DNA of 54,648 nt from a virus. Its lineage: Duplodnaviria; Caudoviricetes. Below, piece by piece: positions 53,041 to 54,648 of the stretch (the stretch's first letter is position 1; each line of letters begins with the position of its first letter). The translations under genes were made by a program, and so were the position numbers. Where the stretch lies: the IMG/VR virus record IMGVR_UViG_3300023055_000119, positions 1-54,648 of that record. One strand, written 5' to 3'. The notes beneath the pieces are model-generated. The model ran no database searches and had not been told where the DNA came from. It worked only from the letters and a program-made list of their open reading frames with translations.

Positions 53041-54327
53041 ATGGCTAAATACCCGACCGGGGTTGAGGCTAATGGCAACAACCTGCGCATCTGGTTCACA
53101 TGGCAGGGAGCTAGGCGCAGGGAGCAGCTGAGCGTGCCAGATACCCCAAAGAACAGAAAGTTGGCAGGAGAGCTTCGGGCAAACATCGTTTACCAGATCA
53201 AGACAGGCACTTTCGATTACCGCGATAGCTTCCCCGAGTCACAGCTATTTAAAGGAGAAGTAAGGGAGGATGAAAGGTTCACAATAAAGCAGGTTGCCCA
53301 AAAATGGCTGAAGCTGAAACAAACGGAGATAGCTCACAGCACCTACTGCACTTATGAGCGGCGCATGCGCGTAACCATTGAAATGTTAGGAGAGGATCGT
53401 CCGGTAAAAACCATCACTGGCGAACACTTGCTGGAACTAAGAAACGAGCTTCTTACCGGTTACCAATGTGAAGGAAGAAAACATAGCATAATAAAGAAAG
53501 GAAGATCGGCTGCCACGGTGAATGGCTGCATGTCTGACCTGTATGCAATATTCAAATTCGCGCTGGATAATGGGTACATAACCAAAAACCCGATGGCAAA
53601 CATTAGCATTCTCCGTAAGGAACGGAAGAAACCTGATCCACTAACCCGAGAGGAATTTCCGCGCGTCATTCATTGTTGCAGAAACCGTCAAATTGCTAAT
53701 CTCTGGAGTCTGGCCGTTTTAACTGGCCTGCGTCACGGTGAATTGTGCGCACTCGCCTGGGAAGATATTGATCTGCAGGAAGGCTACCTGATGGTGAACC
53801 GCAACCTCACAAATGAGGATCGATTTACCCCACCCAAAACAAGGTCGAGCACAAACCGCAAGGTCTGTCTGGTGAATCCCGCAATTGAAATATTGCGCGA
53901 CCAGATGGAGCTTACAAGAATGAACCGTCCATCGATCATCAAGGTCGAGACGCGGGAATACAATTCAGCAGAAGATGAGGAATGCACATTCGTATTCAAC
54001 CCTCGCCTTTTTGCGATCAACAGCCGAGCGGGAGATTATTACTCTGTTGCGTCACTACGACAGACGTGGACAGCTGCATTGAAAAAGGCAGGCATTCGAC
54101 ATCGTAAGGCGTACCAATCCAGGCACACATTCGCATGCTGGTCTCTAGCTGCTGGCGCAAACCCAAATTATGTAGCCGCACAAATGGGACACGCTAATTC
54201 GCAAATGGTCTACCTGGTTTACGGAACATGGATGCAGGAAAACAACGATGAGCAAGTGAGCCTAATTAACTCAAAATTTGCTGACGTTGCCCTACATATG
54301 CCCTATCGCAAAGCATCAGGAGGATAA
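53041..54327 (+). CDS. int: Tyrosine integrase with N-terminal arm-binding domain
   Basis: TGLRHGE, YQSRHTFA, MGH, VYG catalytic motifs. Confidence 0.95.
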   Translation: MAKYPTGVEANGNNLRIWFTWQGARRREQLSVPDTPKNRKLAGELRANIVYQIKTGTFDYRDSFPESQLFKGEVREDERFTIKQVAQKWLKLKQTEIAHSTYCTYERRMRVTIEMLGEDRPVKTITGEHLLELRNELLTGYQCEGRKHSIIKKGRSAATVNGCMSDLYAIFKFALDNGYITKNPMANISILRKERKKPDPLTREEFPRVIHCCRNRQIANLWSLAVLTGLRHGELCALAWEDIDLQEGYLMVNRNLTNEDRFTPPKTRSSTNRKVCLVNPAIEILRDQMELTRMNRPSIIKVETREYNSAEDEECTFVFNPRLFAINSRAGDYYSVASLRQTWTAALKKAGIRHRKAYQSRHTFACWSLAAGANPNYVAAQMGHANSQMVYLVYGTWMQENNDEQVSLINSKFADVALHMPYRKASGG

Positions 54328-54375
54328 TTTCAAACCCCTTCAGTAAGTTACACCACTACACTTGCATACTCATAA
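54287..54375. other. Right att junction: arm repeats, IHF-like site, phage-supplied fliE tail and core CTCATAA (54369-54375)
   Basis: TGCCCT at 54288 and 54299; CAGTAAGTT at 54341; core identical to 7052-7058. Confidence 0.85.
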
Positions 54376-54648
54376 TATCGGTATACGCCGACACCAGTTT
54401 GTTACGCACCTGCACGCCCATCTGCATGGAAATAGAGGATTTTTGCAGATCGACCATCACATCATTTAACTGGATACCCGGTTTACCCATTTCGAAATCC
54501 TGCGCCTGAGCGCGGGCCGTAGTCTGGGTTTCGCTGATCTTGTCGAGTGCTGCTTTCATGGTGGCACTGAAATCGACCTGATTAGTGGACTCCGCTTGCT
54601 TACCGCTGGCCTGCAGAGACGTCATCTGCAGCTGCTGCAGCACACCCT
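54356..54648 (-). CDS. fliE: Flagellar hook-basal body protein FliE (5' end outside the window)
   Basis: LNDVMVDLQKSSISMQMGVQVRNKLVSAY..IMSMQV. Confidence 0.93.
   Translation of the reverse strand, partial: GVLQQLQMTSLQASGKQAESTNQVDFSATMKAALDKISETQTTARAQAQDFEMGKPGIQLNDVMVDLQKSSISMQMGVQVRNKLVSAYTDIMSMQV

Larger units (their letters stand above)
7052..54375. mobile_element. Lambdoid temperate siphoprophage, apparently complete, integrated in fliE
   Basis: att cores at both ends, int/xis, immunity, replication, nin, Q, lysis, terminase, head, tail and tailspike modules in lambdoid order. Confidence 0.93.

Overview
Enterobacterales chromosome segment (Pantoea/Erwinia-like by gene content; this is an inference). 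It is dominated by an apparently complete ~47.3 kb lambdoid siphoprophage (about 7052-54375) integrated into the last codons of the flagellar gene fliE. The 7-bp core CTCATAA occurs at both ends. The original fliE tail (MSMQV*) is left at 7039-7056, and the phage supplies a synonymously recoded copy at 54356-54373. The prophage carries int/xis, an ERF/SSB recombination module, N, cI/cro/cII/cIII with clear operators, O plus a DnaC-like loader with iterons, nin genes, Q, a GH19 lysis cassette, head-tail genes and a tailspike. Accessory content is rich: (1) a LexA-boxed, translationally coupled three-gene unit (79-aa unknown, umuC, catalytically dead UmuD'-like protein); (2) SRAP/YedK, a Pol III theta homolog, a LexA-type DNA-binding domain and a DUF2256-like gene; (3) an acyltransferase interrupted by one in-frame stop; (4) several unannotated small membrane-peptide morons; (5) at least three candidate structured RNAs in the late region. 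The left host flank has a phage-derived repressor lacking its autocleavage residues, bluF, a YnfC-like lipoprotein and an AT-rich OpgB-like gene. All calls are by eye from the sequence and ORF track; no database searches were run.
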